This document shows positions 40,515 to 49,874 of a DNA stretch of 64,000 nucleotides, piece after piece (position 1 is the stretch's first letter; every line of letters begins with the position of its first letter). Origin of the DNA: Actinoplanes sp. GTDB taxonomy: Bacteria > Actinomycetota > Actinomycetes > Mycobacteriales > Micromonosporaceae. The notes under the pieces were generated by a model that saw only the letters and a list, made by a program, of their open reading frames with translations, made no database searches and was not told the DNA's origin. Both the position numbers and the translations under genes were made by a program. The stretch spans positions 669-64,668 of the forward strand of contig DASYTU010000301.1 of the NCBI GenBank assembly GCA_036001925.1, read 5' to 3'.

Positions 40515-40842
40515 GCCTCGCGAAATCGCGCAACACGCTCCACCCGGCTCACCGCCGCGGAGTTGTGCCGCGACGGTGAACCACCGTCGTTCACCACCGA
40601 CCCAGACGGATGGGACGGCCAGTTCATCACCACGCACACCGGGCGGCTACCCACCCGCTCGCCCTCGGCCGGCTGCTCACCCGGGCGGGTCGGCCGGTGG
40701 CGCGGCCCGTACGTGCTGCGCTCCGGCAAGCACGAGCGCGGCGACCGGTCCACGTTCTGGGTCGAGCGCGGCGAGACGTGACTCAAACCCGCTGAACCAT
40801 CTCCGCATCTCTGCAGAAACACCCACTGATGCGGTTCTTCGG

Positions 40843-40916
40843 TGGAGCTGAGGGGATTTGAACCCCTGACCCCCTCGATGCGAACGAGGTGCGCTACCGG
40901 TCTGCGCCACAGCCCC
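40843..40916 (-). tRNA. tRNA-Ala (anticodon CGC)
   Basis: GGGGCTGTGGCGCAGACCGGTAGCGCACCTCGTTCGCATCGAGGGGGTCAGGGGTTCAAATCCCCTCAGCTCCA; cloverleaf, G3:U70 identity pair. Confidence 0.97.
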
Positions 40917-41054
40917 CTTGGTCCCGCAGGACCGCAGCAAGGCTAACAGGTCGCCCCGACGCCCCGCGAACCGGATCCGGGCGCCGCGTCCGAGCGACCC
41001 GATCCCCGCGCGCCACGCCCGCGCGACCCGATCCCGGCGCGCAACGCCCGCGTT

Positions 41055-41801
41055 TCACGCCGAGTAGGACGAACCGCGGCCGCCCGCCTCGTACGCACGC
41101 CCGCGCAGGCCACCGCTCCGCCGGTACGACACCGAGCCGCCACTGGCGACCGCCGGCAGGTGGGACGGGTCGCGGTCCAGGCCCATCGCCGCGCGGCGCA
41201 CCGCCTCCTTCTGGGCCGCCAGCCGCCGCTGGGCCTCCCGGCGGGCCGCCGCCCTCCGGGCCTGCTCCCGGCGTACCTCTGCTTGGCGGGCGGCCAGCCA
41301 GGCCGCCTCCCGGGCCTCGACACGACGGCGGCGGCGGTCCGCGAGCGCCCGGTTGCGCAGGTGGACGAGGTAGACCGCGAGCAGCGTGGCGGTCACCGCG
41401 AAGCTGATCCAGAAGCCCGGGCCGACCGCGAGCACGCCGATGAGCTCGATCATGTTGAGCAGCAGCAGCGCCGCGAAGACCCGGCGCCGCCGGACGACGG
41501 CGGGGGTGTGCCGGCGCGCCGGCACACGCCGGGCCGGCCGGCGGTTCTTCACTACGTGGAGGCGGCGGCGATCACCCGTTGGGGGTACGACCGTAACCAC
41601 CACCTGGCGACCGGGGTTGACCGGCCGGCGTCCGGGCACGGTACGGCGCCGACGCTCGCGGGAGAGCACCCGCGCGGTCGACAACGCCCGCTCCGCCGCC
41701 AGGCGCTCGGTGGCATCGTACCGGCGTACGAGCGCCGGTGCGAGGGCGAGCAGCCCGGCCGCGGCGAGGACGGCGAGGAGCACCGAGGTCGGCACCCTCA
41801 C
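41055..41801 (-). CDS. GlpR/SepX-like membrane protein
   Basis: N-terminal TM, ARVL, RRRR followed by two TMs; position after moeA-GNAT and before tRNA-Ala. Confidence 0.7.
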   Translation of the reverse strand: MRVPTSVLLAVLAAAGLLALAPALVRRYDATERLAAERALSTARVLSRERRRRTVPGRRPVNPGRQVVVTVVPPTGDRRRLHVVKNRRPARRVPARRHTPAVVRRRRVFAALLLLNMIELIGVLAVGPGFWISFAVTATLLAVYLVHLRNRALADRRRRRVEAREAAWLAARQAEVRREQARRAAARREAQRRLAAQKEAVRRAAMGLDRDPSHLPAVASGGSVSYRRSGGLRGRAYEAGGRGSSYSA

Positions 41802-41964
41802 CCCTCCCGTCAGCCTCGGCGGCATCCCGAGGTCAGCGCGGCCGAGGCCGGGCACGGACGGGCACCGCAAGTCTCAATCTCCCCGAGGCTACGGGCGGTA
41901 ACTGCGGAAACTCGCGCGGCGCGCCGGTACGGCCACGTCCTCATGATCGTCTAAAAGGTCCGGA

Positions 41965-42609
41965 TCACTTCGCGCTCGTACGCAGCCTGCGCCACCTCGC
42001 GACCAGGCCGCCTTCGCCGGCGACGTCCTCGCTGGTCATGGCGTACCCGAGGTGGTCGCGCCAGCTGCCGTCGATGTGCATGTAGCGCGGGTGGTACGCC
42101 TCCTCGCGGAAGCCGAGCTTTTCCACCACCCGCCGGCTCGGCAGGTTCTCAGGCCGGATGTTGACCTCGACGCGATGCAGGCCGCCGGGCCCGAACGCGT
42201 GGTCCACGGCGAGGGCGAGCGCGGTCGGGATGACGCCCTGGCCGGCGACCCGGGAGTCCACCCAGTAACCCACGTACGCGGAACTGAACGCCCGCCGCAC
42301 GATGTTGCCCAGGTTGAGGTGCCCGACGAGCCGTTCGTTGCCGCGTTGGTCGCGCAGGCAGACCGCGAACGGCATGCTCTCGCCGCGCCGAGCGGCGCGC
42401 TTCATGTCCCGGTAGACGTAGAAGTAGGCGCGCGGCGAATTCATCTCGGCCCACGGCCCAGGCGGCGCCGACTCCCACGGCGCGAGCCACTTCTGGTTCG
42501 CGATGCGGACCTCGGACCACGCGTGCGCGTCGCTGCGGCGGTACGGCCGCAGCAGCACCGGACCGTCCGCCAGGACGGCGGGCCATCCGGGCGCGGACCC
42601 CAGCATCAT
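41965..42609 (-). CDS. GNAT acetyltransferase (RimJ-like)
   Basis: WLAPWE, VGYWVD, LHRVEVNIRPEN..SRRVVEKLGF, WRDH. Confidence 0.92.
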   Translation of the reverse strand: MMLGSAPGWPAVLADGPVLLRPYRRSDAHAWSEVRIANQKWLAPWESAPPGPWAEMNSPRAYFYVYRDMKRAARRGESMPFAVCLRDQRGNERLVGHLNLGNIVRRAFSSAYVGYWVDSRVAGQGVIPTALALAVDHAFGPGGLHRVEVNIRPENLPSRRVVEKLGFREEAYHPRYMHIDGSWRDHLGYAMTSEDVAGEGGLVARWRRLRTSAK

Positions 42610-43916
42610 CGCCTCCGGTCGAGCAGCAACACATCCACGGTCGACCCGGCCGCGGCCGCGGTGACCCGCTCGCCGAGGACCAGCAGGCCGTTGGCTTCGG
42701 CGAGGCCGGACAGAGTGTACGGCCCGCCGGCGAGCGGCTGCACCGTGTAGCCCCCGCCGCGCCTCTCGGCCACGTGCGCCGGCCGGAACTCGCGCAGGCC
42801 GCCGGGGGACGACACCGTCTCCAGCAGGTGCGCCTTCACGCTGGGCCGGAACACCGGCTCGGCCCCGGCCAGCAACTGGATCACGGGTCGGGCCAGGACC
42901 TCGAAGCCGATCAGCGCGGCACCGGGCTCGCCGGGCAGGCAGACCACGGGCACCTCCTCGCCGCCGACCGTGCCGAAGCCGAGCGAGCTGCCCGGGCAGA
43001 GCGCGACGTCGGTGAACTCGACGGCGCCACGGCCGTTGTCGCGCCGGGAGAGGACGCGACGCAACATGTCGCCGGGTCCCGTACCGGTGCCGCCAGTCGT
43101 GATGATCAGGTCCGCCCGCAGCGTCTGGTCCTCGAGGAGCCCCCGCAGCCCCTCGGGGTCGTCGTCGCAGATCCCGATCCGGTACGCCAGCGCGCCGGCC
43201 TCGACCGCGGCGGCGGTGAGCGCGTGCGAGTTGGCGTCCACCACCTGCCCGGGCTGGCTGGGCCGGCCCATGTCGACCAGTTCGTCGCCGGTGGCCACGA
43301 CCACCACGCGCGGGCTGGGCCGGACCACGACGTGCCCGATCCCGGACGCGGCGAAGACGGCCACCATCGCCGGGGTCACGTACGCGCCGGCGGGGGCGAG
43401 CACCTGACCCACCGGCAGCTCGTCGCCGGCCCGGCGGACGCCCGAACCGCGCTTGGGTGCGTGCAGGATCTCCACGGCCGCCATGCCCTGATCGGTCCAG
43501 TGGACCGGCACGACCACGTCCGCGCCGATCGGCAACGGCGCCCCGGCGGCCACCGAGAAGCAGGTGCCGGGCGTCAGCCGTACCGGACGCCAGCTCGCGG
43601 CGCCGAGGTCGCCGACCACGTTGAGGCGCACGGGTCGCGGCCCGCCCTCGAACCGGCCGAACGACGGGTGCGACCCGATCCGGCCGGCCGCGGCCAGGTC
43701 TTCCCACCTGGCCGCATAGCCGTCGATCGCCGCCTGGTCGAACGCGGGGAACGGATGCGGCGCGAGCACGTCCACGGCGAGGACGTTGCCGTGCGCCTGG
43801 GTCAGGTCGAGGTCGAGCGGAGGCAGCGCCCGCAGCCTGCGCAGCACGCTGCCCAGGTATTCGGCGAGGGGCATCAGCTCGTTGGCGGCCGCCTCGGCGT
43901 CGGCCGTAGCGGTCAT
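42606..43916 (-). CDS. moeA: Gephyrin-like molybdopterin molybdotransferase
   Basis: FDQAAIDGYA, GAPLPIGAD, ATGDEL, TTGG, LPG, ANGL. Confidence 0.9.
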   Translation of the reverse strand: MTATADAEAAANELMPLAEYLGSVLRRLRALPPLDLDLTQAHGNVLAVDVLAPHPFPAFDQAAIDGYAARWEDLAAAGRIGSHPSFGRFEGGPRPVRLNVVGDLGAASWRPVRLTPGTCFSVAAGAPLPIGADVVVPVHWTDQGMAAVEILHAPKRGSGVRRAGDELPVGQVLAPAGAYVTPAMVAVFAASGIGHVVVRPSPRVVVVATGDELVDMGRPSQPGQVVDANSHALTAAAVEAGALAYRIGICDDDPEGLRGLLEDQTLRADLIITTGGTGTGPGDMLRRVLSRRDNGRGAVEFTDVALCPGSSLGFGTVGGEEVPVVCLPGEPGAALIGFEVLARPVIQLLAGAEPVFRPSVKAHLLETVSSPGGLREFRPAHVAERRGGGYTVQPLAGGPYTLSGLAEANGLLVLGERVTAAAAGSTVDVLLLDRRR

Positions 43917-44836
43917 CCTTGCGGGCTCCTCACGAACTCACCTAGCCACTTGCGGAACTCCGCGCCGAGGTCCGGCCGCTTGACGGCCAACTGGACGACC
44001 GCCTGCAGATAGCCCAGCGGCATCCCCGTGTCGTACCGAAGTCCCCGATAGATGATCCCGTGCACCGGGGTCCCGTCGGCCAGCAGCTGGGCCATCGCAT
44101 CGGTCAGCTGGATCTCGCCGCCGCTGCCGGGCTTGGTGTTCTGGATCGCGTCGAAGATGGACGCGGGCAGGATGTAGCGGCCGAGGACCGCCAGATTGCT
44201 GGGCGCTTCCTCGGGCGACGGCTTCTCGACCAGGCCGGTCACCTCGACCACATCGTCGCCGAACTGCGACGGCGAGACGGACGCGATCCCGTACCGGGAG
44301 GTCTCGGACGGATCGACCTCGATGAATGCGAGCACGATGCCGCCGGTCTGGGCCTGCAGATCGAGCATCGAGGGCAGCAGCGGCTGGTCCACATCGACGA
44401 ACTCGTCCCCCAGCAACACCGCGAACGCGCTGTCGCCGACGTGCGAGGCCGCCACCCCGACCGCGTGGCCGAGCCCGAGCGGTTCGCCCTGGCGGCAGGT
44501 GTAGATGTCGGCGAGTTCGCTGGTCCGGCGCACCTCGGCCAGCCGTTCGAAGTCGCCCTTCTCCTCGAGCCGGGCCTCCACGTCCGGGCGCCGGTCGAAA
44601 TGATCCACCATGGAGGTCTTGCCGCGGCCGGTGATGAGCAGGACGTCGGTGATGCCCGCGGCCGCGGCCTCCTCGACGATGTACTGCAGCACCGGACGGT
44701 CCACCACCGGCAACAGCTCCTTGGGTACGGCCTTGGTGGCCGGCAGGAATCGGGTCGCCAGTCCCGCCGCCGGAATCACAGCCTTTACCGCTCGGCGGCC
44801 GTTCGCGCGCGCGTTGGTCGTCATCTGAGTGGTCAC
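43913..44836 (-). CDS. galU: UTP--glucose-1-phosphate uridylyltransferase
   Basis: KAVIPAAGLATRFLPATKAVPKELLP, LGLGHA, VEKP, GEIQLTDA; start 44836 or 44824. Confidence 0.95.
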   Translation of the reverse strand: MTTQMTTNARANGRRAVKAVIPAAGLATRFLPATKAVPKELLPVVDRPVLQYIVEEAAAAGITDVLLITGRGKTSMVDHFDRRPDVEARLEEKGDFERLAEVRRTSELADIYTCRQGEPLGLGHAVGVAASHVGDSAFAVLLGDEFVDVDQPLLPSMLDLQAQTGGIVLAFIEVDPSETSRYGIASVSPSQFGDDVVEVTGLVEKPSPEEAPSNLAVLGRYILPASIFDAIQNTKPGSGGEIQLTDAMAQLLADGTPVHGIIYRGLRYDTGMPLGYLQAVVQLAVKRPDLGAEFRKWLGEFVRSPQG

Positions 44837-45200
44837 CGCACCTTCGCTCGGATTGTGCCCGGACATGTCGCGAGACTATCGGCCGCGGCCCTGCCACGGC
44901 GGTTGTGGCCCGCCCGGCGCGGCCGCTGCCTGGTCGAGTTGCCCATCCGGTACGGCATCCGAACCGCCGATCGGGCCACATCGTCCGGGTCGGCCAGGCA
45001 GTACGGGTCCCGTCCGGGTTCCGGGGCTGCCGGCACGCGACCCCGATCGCTGTGCGTACCGTGGTGGCGGCACGGTCGAGCCGCTCGACCGTCTCGTCTC
45101 GGATCACGGTGGCCACAGTCATGCGGAAGAAGAAGGTTCCGAGCTGGGGTGATGCTGACATCGTGTGCCCCGTTCGCCGGTTTTAGAAAGGAGGTGTCGC

Positions 45201-45815
45201 ATGCCGGATTTCGCCCGTGACGCGGAAAGATACCGAGCCGCCAAGATTGCGTTGCGCGATCGGTTGCTCGCAGATCGTAGATCGATGACGGCGTCCGACC
45301 GCCAGTCGGCCTCCGCGTCCCTCCAGGCCGCACTTCTTGCTCTGGTACGGGCACAGCAGCCGTCGACGATCGCCGCCTATGTGCCGGTGGGCTCCGAACC
45401 CGGCGGATCCGACCTGCCGTCGGTGCTCGCTTCCGCCGGCCGCGTTCTCCTGCCGGTCCTGCTCGACAGCGGCGATCTCGACTGGGCCACCTACGAAGGG
45501 TCCTTGTCGACCGGGCCGCGCGGTCTTCGCCAGCCCACCGGGGAACGGCTCGGCGTGGATGCGATCCGCGAGGCTTCGCTCGTCATCGTGCCCGCAGTGG
45601 CGGTCGATCGGTCCGGGGTCCGCCTCGGGCGGGGCGGCGGCTCCTACGATCGCGTGCTCGCTCGGCTGGACCGGGTCACGCTGACCGTGGCGCTGCTGTA
45701 CGACGGCGAGTTGGTCGAGTCCGTCCCGGCCGAGCCGCACGACCGCACGGTCCAGGCCGCCATCACGCCGAGCCTTGGTCTGTCGCCAAGCCGAACCTCC
45801 GAGTGGACGAATTGA
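45201..45815 (+). CDS. 5-formyltetrahydrofolate cyclo-ligase
   Basis: AGGAGG RBS; VPAVAVD..G.RLGRGGGSYDR; EPHD. Confidence 0.93.
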   Translation: MPDFARDAERYRAAKIALRDRLLADRRSMTASDRQSASASLQAALLALVRAQQPSTIAAYVPVGSEPGGSDLPSVLASAGRVLLPVLLDSGDLDWATYEGSLSTGPRGLRQPTGERLGVDAIREASLVIVPAVAVDRSGVRLGRGGGSYDRVLARLDRVTLTVALLYDGELVESVPAEPHDRTVQAAITPSLGLSPSRTSEWTN

Positions 45816-45882
45816 CGTCCCATGACGCAACATTGGCACTCGGAGTTGGCGAGTGCCAGCAGCGGAGTGATCCGGAGGACCA

Positions 45883-46224
45883 GTGCCCACCTACCAGTAC
45901 ACGTGCACCGAGTGTGGCCAGCGGCTCGAGGCCGTGCAATCCTTCTCCGACCCGGCGCTGATCGAGTGCCCGAACTGCCACGGCAGGCTTCGGAAGGTCT
46001 TCAACTCGGTCGGCATCGTGTTCAAGGGTTCGGGCTTCTATCGCAACGACTCTCGGGCGGGGAACGGCGCATCCTCCGACGTCAAGGGGGACTCGACAAA
46101 GCCGGAGTCGACAAAGCCGGAGTCGACGCCGGCCCCCTCCGTTGCGTCCTCGTCCTCGGCGTCCTCCGCATCGCCTTCGTCCTCGACGCCTACCAGCGCC
46201 AAGGCGGCCCCGGCGCCCGCCTAG
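45883..46224 (+). CDS. FmdB family zinc ribbon protein
   Basis: MPTYQYTCTECG...CPNC...FKGSGFY. Confidence 0.93.
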   Translation: MPTYQYTCTECGQRLEAVQSFSDPALIECPNCHGRLRKVFNSVGIVFKGSGFYRNDSRAGNGASSDVKGDSTKPESTKPESTPAPSVASSSSASSASPSSSTPTSAKAAPAPA

Positions 46225-46278
46225 CTCGACGCTCGCGTTGCGGACACCGCCATAGCAGATCGGCGGCGTGCCGTCGGG

Positions 46279-46304
46279 TTATCCACACGCCCGGGTTATC
46301 CACA
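46279..46304 (+). promoter_or_regulatory. Two perfect DnaA boxes
   Basis: TTATCCACA at 46279-46287 and 46296-46304. Confidence 0.75.
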
Positions 46305-46391
46305 GGGCGCTCCCCCGGGACTGTCGTTTCCGCCTAGCGTCCTCCTCGATCGGCGCCCGGACCGCGGCGCCCGCGGATCGAGGAGGCGCTG

Positions 46392-46958
46392 GTGCCCGCA
46401 CCCCCACGGCTGGCCCGCAAGCGCACCGAGCCCCGGCTCGACCCGATCCGCTGGCGCCGCCCCGGCCGCGGCACGCTCATACGGCTGATCGCCGTCGCCG
46501 TCCTGCTGATCCTGGGGGCGATGGTGTCCTGGTCGCGACCGCAGAAATGCGCCGCACCGCCTGCTGCGGCCCCGTCGCCTCGGACGCCCGCACCGAGCGG
46601 CACCGCCTGCGCCCGCGGCTCCGATCGTTTCGGCCGCCCTTGCCCGAAGGGCGGACCGGCCGTGCCATCCGGGAAGGGTGCACCGGTCGTGCCGCGCGGC
46701 AGTGTCGGCGTGCCGGTGCACCTGGCCGAACCGACCGCGCTCACGCTTGTGCGCCCCGGCGACATGGTCGACCTGCTGAGCATGGACGAGACCGGCCACG
46801 GCGCAACGCCGGTCGCATCTGCCGCGCTGGTCCTGGGCGTCACCGGAGCAGACGAGCCGACCGCCGGCGGCCTTCTGCTCGCCTTGCGGCCGGCCGAGGC
46901 TGAGAAGGCGGTCGCGGCTCAGGGCCGCGGTTTCGCCGTGCTGATCCGCCCGGACTGA
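46392..46958 (+). CDS. CpaB/RcpC/SAF-related membrane-anchored protein
   Basis: One TM; VPV.L....LVRPGDMVDLL; position after fmdB. Confidence 0.65.
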   Translation: MPAPPRLARKRTEPRLDPIRWRRPGRGTLIRLIAVAVLLILGAMVSWSRPQKCAAPPAAAPSPRTPAPSGTACARGSDRFGRPCPKGGPAVPSGKGAPVVPRGSVGVPVHLAEPTALTLVRPGDMVDLLSMDETGHGATPVASAALVLGVTGADEPTAGGLLLALRPAEAEKAVAAQGRGFAVLIRPD

Positions 46959-47061
46959 CCGCGATTGCCATTCATCCGCAGGCAGACATGACCCTTGTGC
47001 CCCGGGCTGCCGCTCGTCGCCAGCGCGGTCGGCGGCGCTGTCGCCCGGGCACCCGCCGGTC

Positions 47062-47496
47062 TCAGGCGGCGGTGTCTTCTCGACGGCGGGCCTGGCAGTC
47101 GGGGCACAGGCCCCAGAAGGTGACCTCGGCCTCGTCCACCTCGAAGCCGTGCTGCGTACCTGGATCGATGCACGGCCGGTCGCCGACTGCGCAGTCCACA
47201 TCCTCGATCGCACCGCAGCTGCGACACACGATGTGGTGATGGTTGTCGCCGACCCGCGCCTCGAAAAGCGCCGGACTGCCGGCAGGCTCGATCCGCCGGG
47301 CCAGACCAGCGCGGGACAGCGCCCCCAGCACGTCGTACACGGCCTGCGTCGATACCGAGTCGAGGCGGACGCGCACCTGCCGGGCGATCTCATCGACCTC
47401 GAGGTGGCCGCCCTGGGTGAGCACGTCCAACACGGCGAGCCGCGGCCGGGTGACCCGCAGGCCGGCCGTGCGCAGCAACTCTTCACCGGTGGACAT
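47062..47496 (-). CDS. Fur family regulator (FurA-like)
   Basis: GLRVTRPR, QAVYDVL, GDNHHHIVCRSC, WGLCPDC. Confidence 0.93.
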   Translation of the reverse strand: MSTGEELLRTAGLRVTRPRLAVLDVLTQGGHLEVDEIARQVRVRLDSVSTQAVYDVLGALSRAGLARRIEPAGSPALFEARVGDNHHHIVCRSCGAIEDVDCAVGDRPCIDPGTQHGFEVDEAEVTFWGLCPDCQARRREDTAA

Positions 47497-47679
47497 CGGT
47501 CAATGACAGCACGCACTAGCCGGAACCCTCAACCTGACGACCGTTGGGGCACGATTTCGGAACATCGCGAGGTTGCACTGAACCGGAGTGGTGATCGACG
47601 CGTACGCGCATGCAGCGAATGTTTGCGGCGTCAGACAACACCATGCTGGCGCCCCGGTTCCGTGATCAAGGAGACGCCA

Positions 47680-48156
47680 GTGTTTGACCAGATAGGTGGC
47701 CTGCCGGTCCATGTCCTCGTGCTGCACGCCGCCGTGGTGCTGATCCCGCTGCTCGCCGTCGGCGCCCTCGTCTACGCGGTCGTGCCGCGGTGGCGATCAC
47801 GGATCGGTTGGGCGGTTCTCCTGCTTGCGATCGTCACGCCGATCTGCGCGTTCGTCACCCGGGAGTCCGGCCTGAAGTTCTACAACCGCGTCGTCGGCCG
47901 GGGCGTCAGCGCGAAGGGCCGCGAGTTTCTCGACCAGCACATGCACTTCGGCACGCGGACCATGTGGTTCTCGATCGCGCTGGGCGTCGTCACGCTGGTC
48001 ATGGTCGTCGCGACGCTGCGGCGCCCCCGCACGTCGCTACCTCGGGTCGCCGACATCGGACTCGGCGTGATCATGGTGGCGCTGGCCGCGATCTCCGGGT
48101 ATTACGTGTTCCGGTCGGGTGACTCGGGCGCACACGTCGTCTGGGGCACGTACTGA
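47680..48156 (+). CDS. DUF2231-like membrane protein
   Basis: AGGAG RBS; GLPVHVLVLHAAVV; conserved His; GDSGAHVVW. Confidence 0.8.
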   Translation: MFDQIGGLPVHVLVLHAAVVLIPLLAVGALVYAVVPRWRSRIGWAVLLLAIVTPICAFVTRESGLKFYNRVVGRGVSAKGREFLDQHMHFGTRTMWFSIALGVVTLVMVVATLRRPRTSLPRVADIGLGVIMVALAAISGYYVFRSGDSGAHVVWGTY

Positions 48157-48214
48157 CCGATCGCCGGGCTTCCGGCCGTCTTGTGGGGTGGCGGCCGAGA
48201 CTTGCGCGTTCCGG

Positions 48215-48544
48215 CTAGTAGATCGCTCGCGCGCAGAGCAGGCACATGAGGATCACGGCAATCGCGGCCGCCACGAGCCCGATGCCGTACGTGACGGTCT
48301 TCGCGGACCCCTCTTCCTCGTCGAGCGCGTCCATGTCCTGCTCCGGCATCGACCGTGGCGGAGGCGGCTGCGGCACGACCGGCGGGCGCCAGGTCGCCGG
48401 CGGCGGTTCCGCGCGCGGTGGCCCCGCATACGTCGGCCCCGGCCCGGGCGCCGGAGCAGCGGGCGGTGGGCGGAATGCCTCGGGTTCCGATTCCGGCCGC
48501 TGCCAGTACGCGTCGTCGTCCGGGACACCGGTGGAGGAACTCAC
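48215..48544 (-). CDS. Pro-rich small membrane protein
   Basis: YWQRP...PRSMPEQD...EE..AKTVTYGIG, C-terminal TM. Confidence 0.7.
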   Translation of the reverse strand: MSSSTGVPDDDAYWQRPESEPEAFRPPPAAPAPGPGPTYAGPPRAEPPPATWRPPVVPQPPPPRSMPEQDMDALDEEEGSAKTVTYGIGLVAAAIAVILMCLLCARAIY

Positions 48545-48607
48545 GTTCACCGACGGTACAGCGGAGGCCCGACGACGGCGCGGGCGGCGCGGGCTTACCC
48601 TCGTACC

Positions 48608-48787
48608 GTGGACATCCTGGATCAGCCAGAACGCGACTCCGACGGCGACCGCGAGGTCGACTTCGAGTCGGAGGAGGCCCCTGTGCTGCCCGACCCGACT
48701 CGCGACGACACGGAACGCGGCTGGGGCCAACGCGACGACTCGAACGACGACCGTCTCCTCGAGGACCGCCCGCCGCACTGGGGATAG
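48608..48787 (+). CDS. Small acidic hypothetical protein (59 aa)
   Basis: LPDPTRDDTERGWG...NDDRLLEDRPPHWG. Confidence 0.65.
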   Translation: MDILDQPERDSDGDREVDFESEEAPVLPDPTRDDTERGWGQRDDSNDDRLLEDRPPHWG

Positions 48788-48875
48788 CGTTCGCGCCCGT
48801 GGTCGAGCCGGGCGGCCGGCCAGGCGCGCCTGAACGAGTTCAACTTCCGGTCGAGATCGTGGCACCCTGGAGTCC

Positions 48876-49730
48876 GTGAACGGCGACGTCGGTCTGTTCG
48901 GGCCCCACTCCGTGACATGGAAGCTGCACCGCGAGCCCGTCTTGTTGATCGGCGGCCTGCGTTCGCTCTATCTGCAGGCGCTCCACCCACGAGCGGTCGC
49001 GGCAGTGGCGCAGAACTCCGGCTACCGGACCGACCCGTGGGGCCGGTTGATGCGCACGTCCGAGTACGTCGGCACGGTGGTCTACGGCAGCACCGAACAG
49101 GTCCAGGCCGCCGCGAGTCGAATCCGGCGCATCCATGCCCGGATGTCCGCTACCGACCCGCGCACCGGCGAGTCGTTCCGCATCGACGAGCCGGAGCTGT
49201 TGCGCTGGGTGCACGTCGCGGAGGTCGAGTCGTTCCTCACCACGGCCCGGCGTGCCGGTCTCAAGCTCACCGCCGATGAGATCGACGGTTACTACACCGA
49301 ACAGCTGCGTGCGGCCGAGCTGGTCGGCCTCGACCCGTCGACGGTGCCGGCGACCGCGGCCGAGGTGGCGGCGTACTACGAGGCCATGCAGCCTGATCTC
49401 GGCCTGACCAGGGACAGCGCGGAGGCGGCCCTCTTCCTCACCGTGCCGCCGGTGCCCGACAGCTGGGGCGGCCGGCCGCTCCGGCTCGGGCTGACGCTGG
49501 GCCCGACCCGCTGGGCGTACCTCGGTGTCGCCGGCACCGCGTTCGCGCTGCTACCGCCCTGGGCCAGGAGGATGTACGGCGGCCTCGGCTGGCCCACGAC
49601 GGACGTCACCGCTGGCCTGTCGGTACGCAGCATGCGGCTGCTCCTCAACGCGATCATCGCGGCGGTCCCGAAGCGCTACAAGGTCGCCCCGATGCGCCAG
49701 GCCGCCCTCGAACGCGCCGGCCTGGCCTGA
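48876..49730 (+). CDS. Oxygenase MpaB/DUF2236 family protein
   Basis: GLFGP.SVTW, LQALHP, DPWGRL.RT, LLRWVH, LLPPWARRMYG. Confidence 0.88.
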   Translation: MNGDVGLFGPHSVTWKLHREPVLLIGGLRSLYLQALHPRAVAAVAQNSGYRTDPWGRLMRTSEYVGTVVYGSTEQVQAAASRIRRIHARMSATDPRTGESFRIDEPELLRWVHVAEVESFLTTARRAGLKLTADEIDGYYTEQLRAAELVGLDPSTVPATAAEVAAYYEAMQPDLGLTRDSAEAALFLTVPPVPDSWGGRPLRLGLTLGPTRWAYLGVAGTAFALLPPWARRMYGGLGWPTTDVTAGLSVRSMRLLLNAIIAAVPKRYKVAPMRQAALERAGLA

Positions 49731-49767
49731 CCTCCGGCCTCGTCCACCCGTCCCTACATCCTTCCGG

Positions 49768-49870
49768 CCGGGCCGACCGCGAAACGCACGCGAGAAACCT
49801 CAACCGCGTGTTGGAAATCCCGGACCGACCGCGAAACGGACGCGAGAAACCCCGACGCGTGTTGGACATC
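49768..49870. repeat. Intergenic tandem repeat, two copies of about 52 bp
   Basis: CCGGnCCGACCGCGAAACGnACGCGAGAAACC...CGCGTGTTGGAnATC twice between convergent genes. Confidence 0.85.
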
Positions 49871-49874
49871 GCGC

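Larger units (their letters stand above)
39047..40840. mobile_element. tRNA-anchored genomic islet remnant carrying a toxin-antitoxin pair
   Basis: Bounded by the tRNA and its 3' duplicate; less GC3-biased codons; no integrase inside. Confidence 0.7.

Noticed and set aside
44867-45200. Small gene between galU and the cyclo-ligase
   Set aside because: Candidate ORFs lack an RBS or recognisable motifs; likely a divergent promoter region.
46279-46304. Replication origin
   Set aside because: Only two boxes, no AT-rich unwinding element, no dnaA/dnaN.
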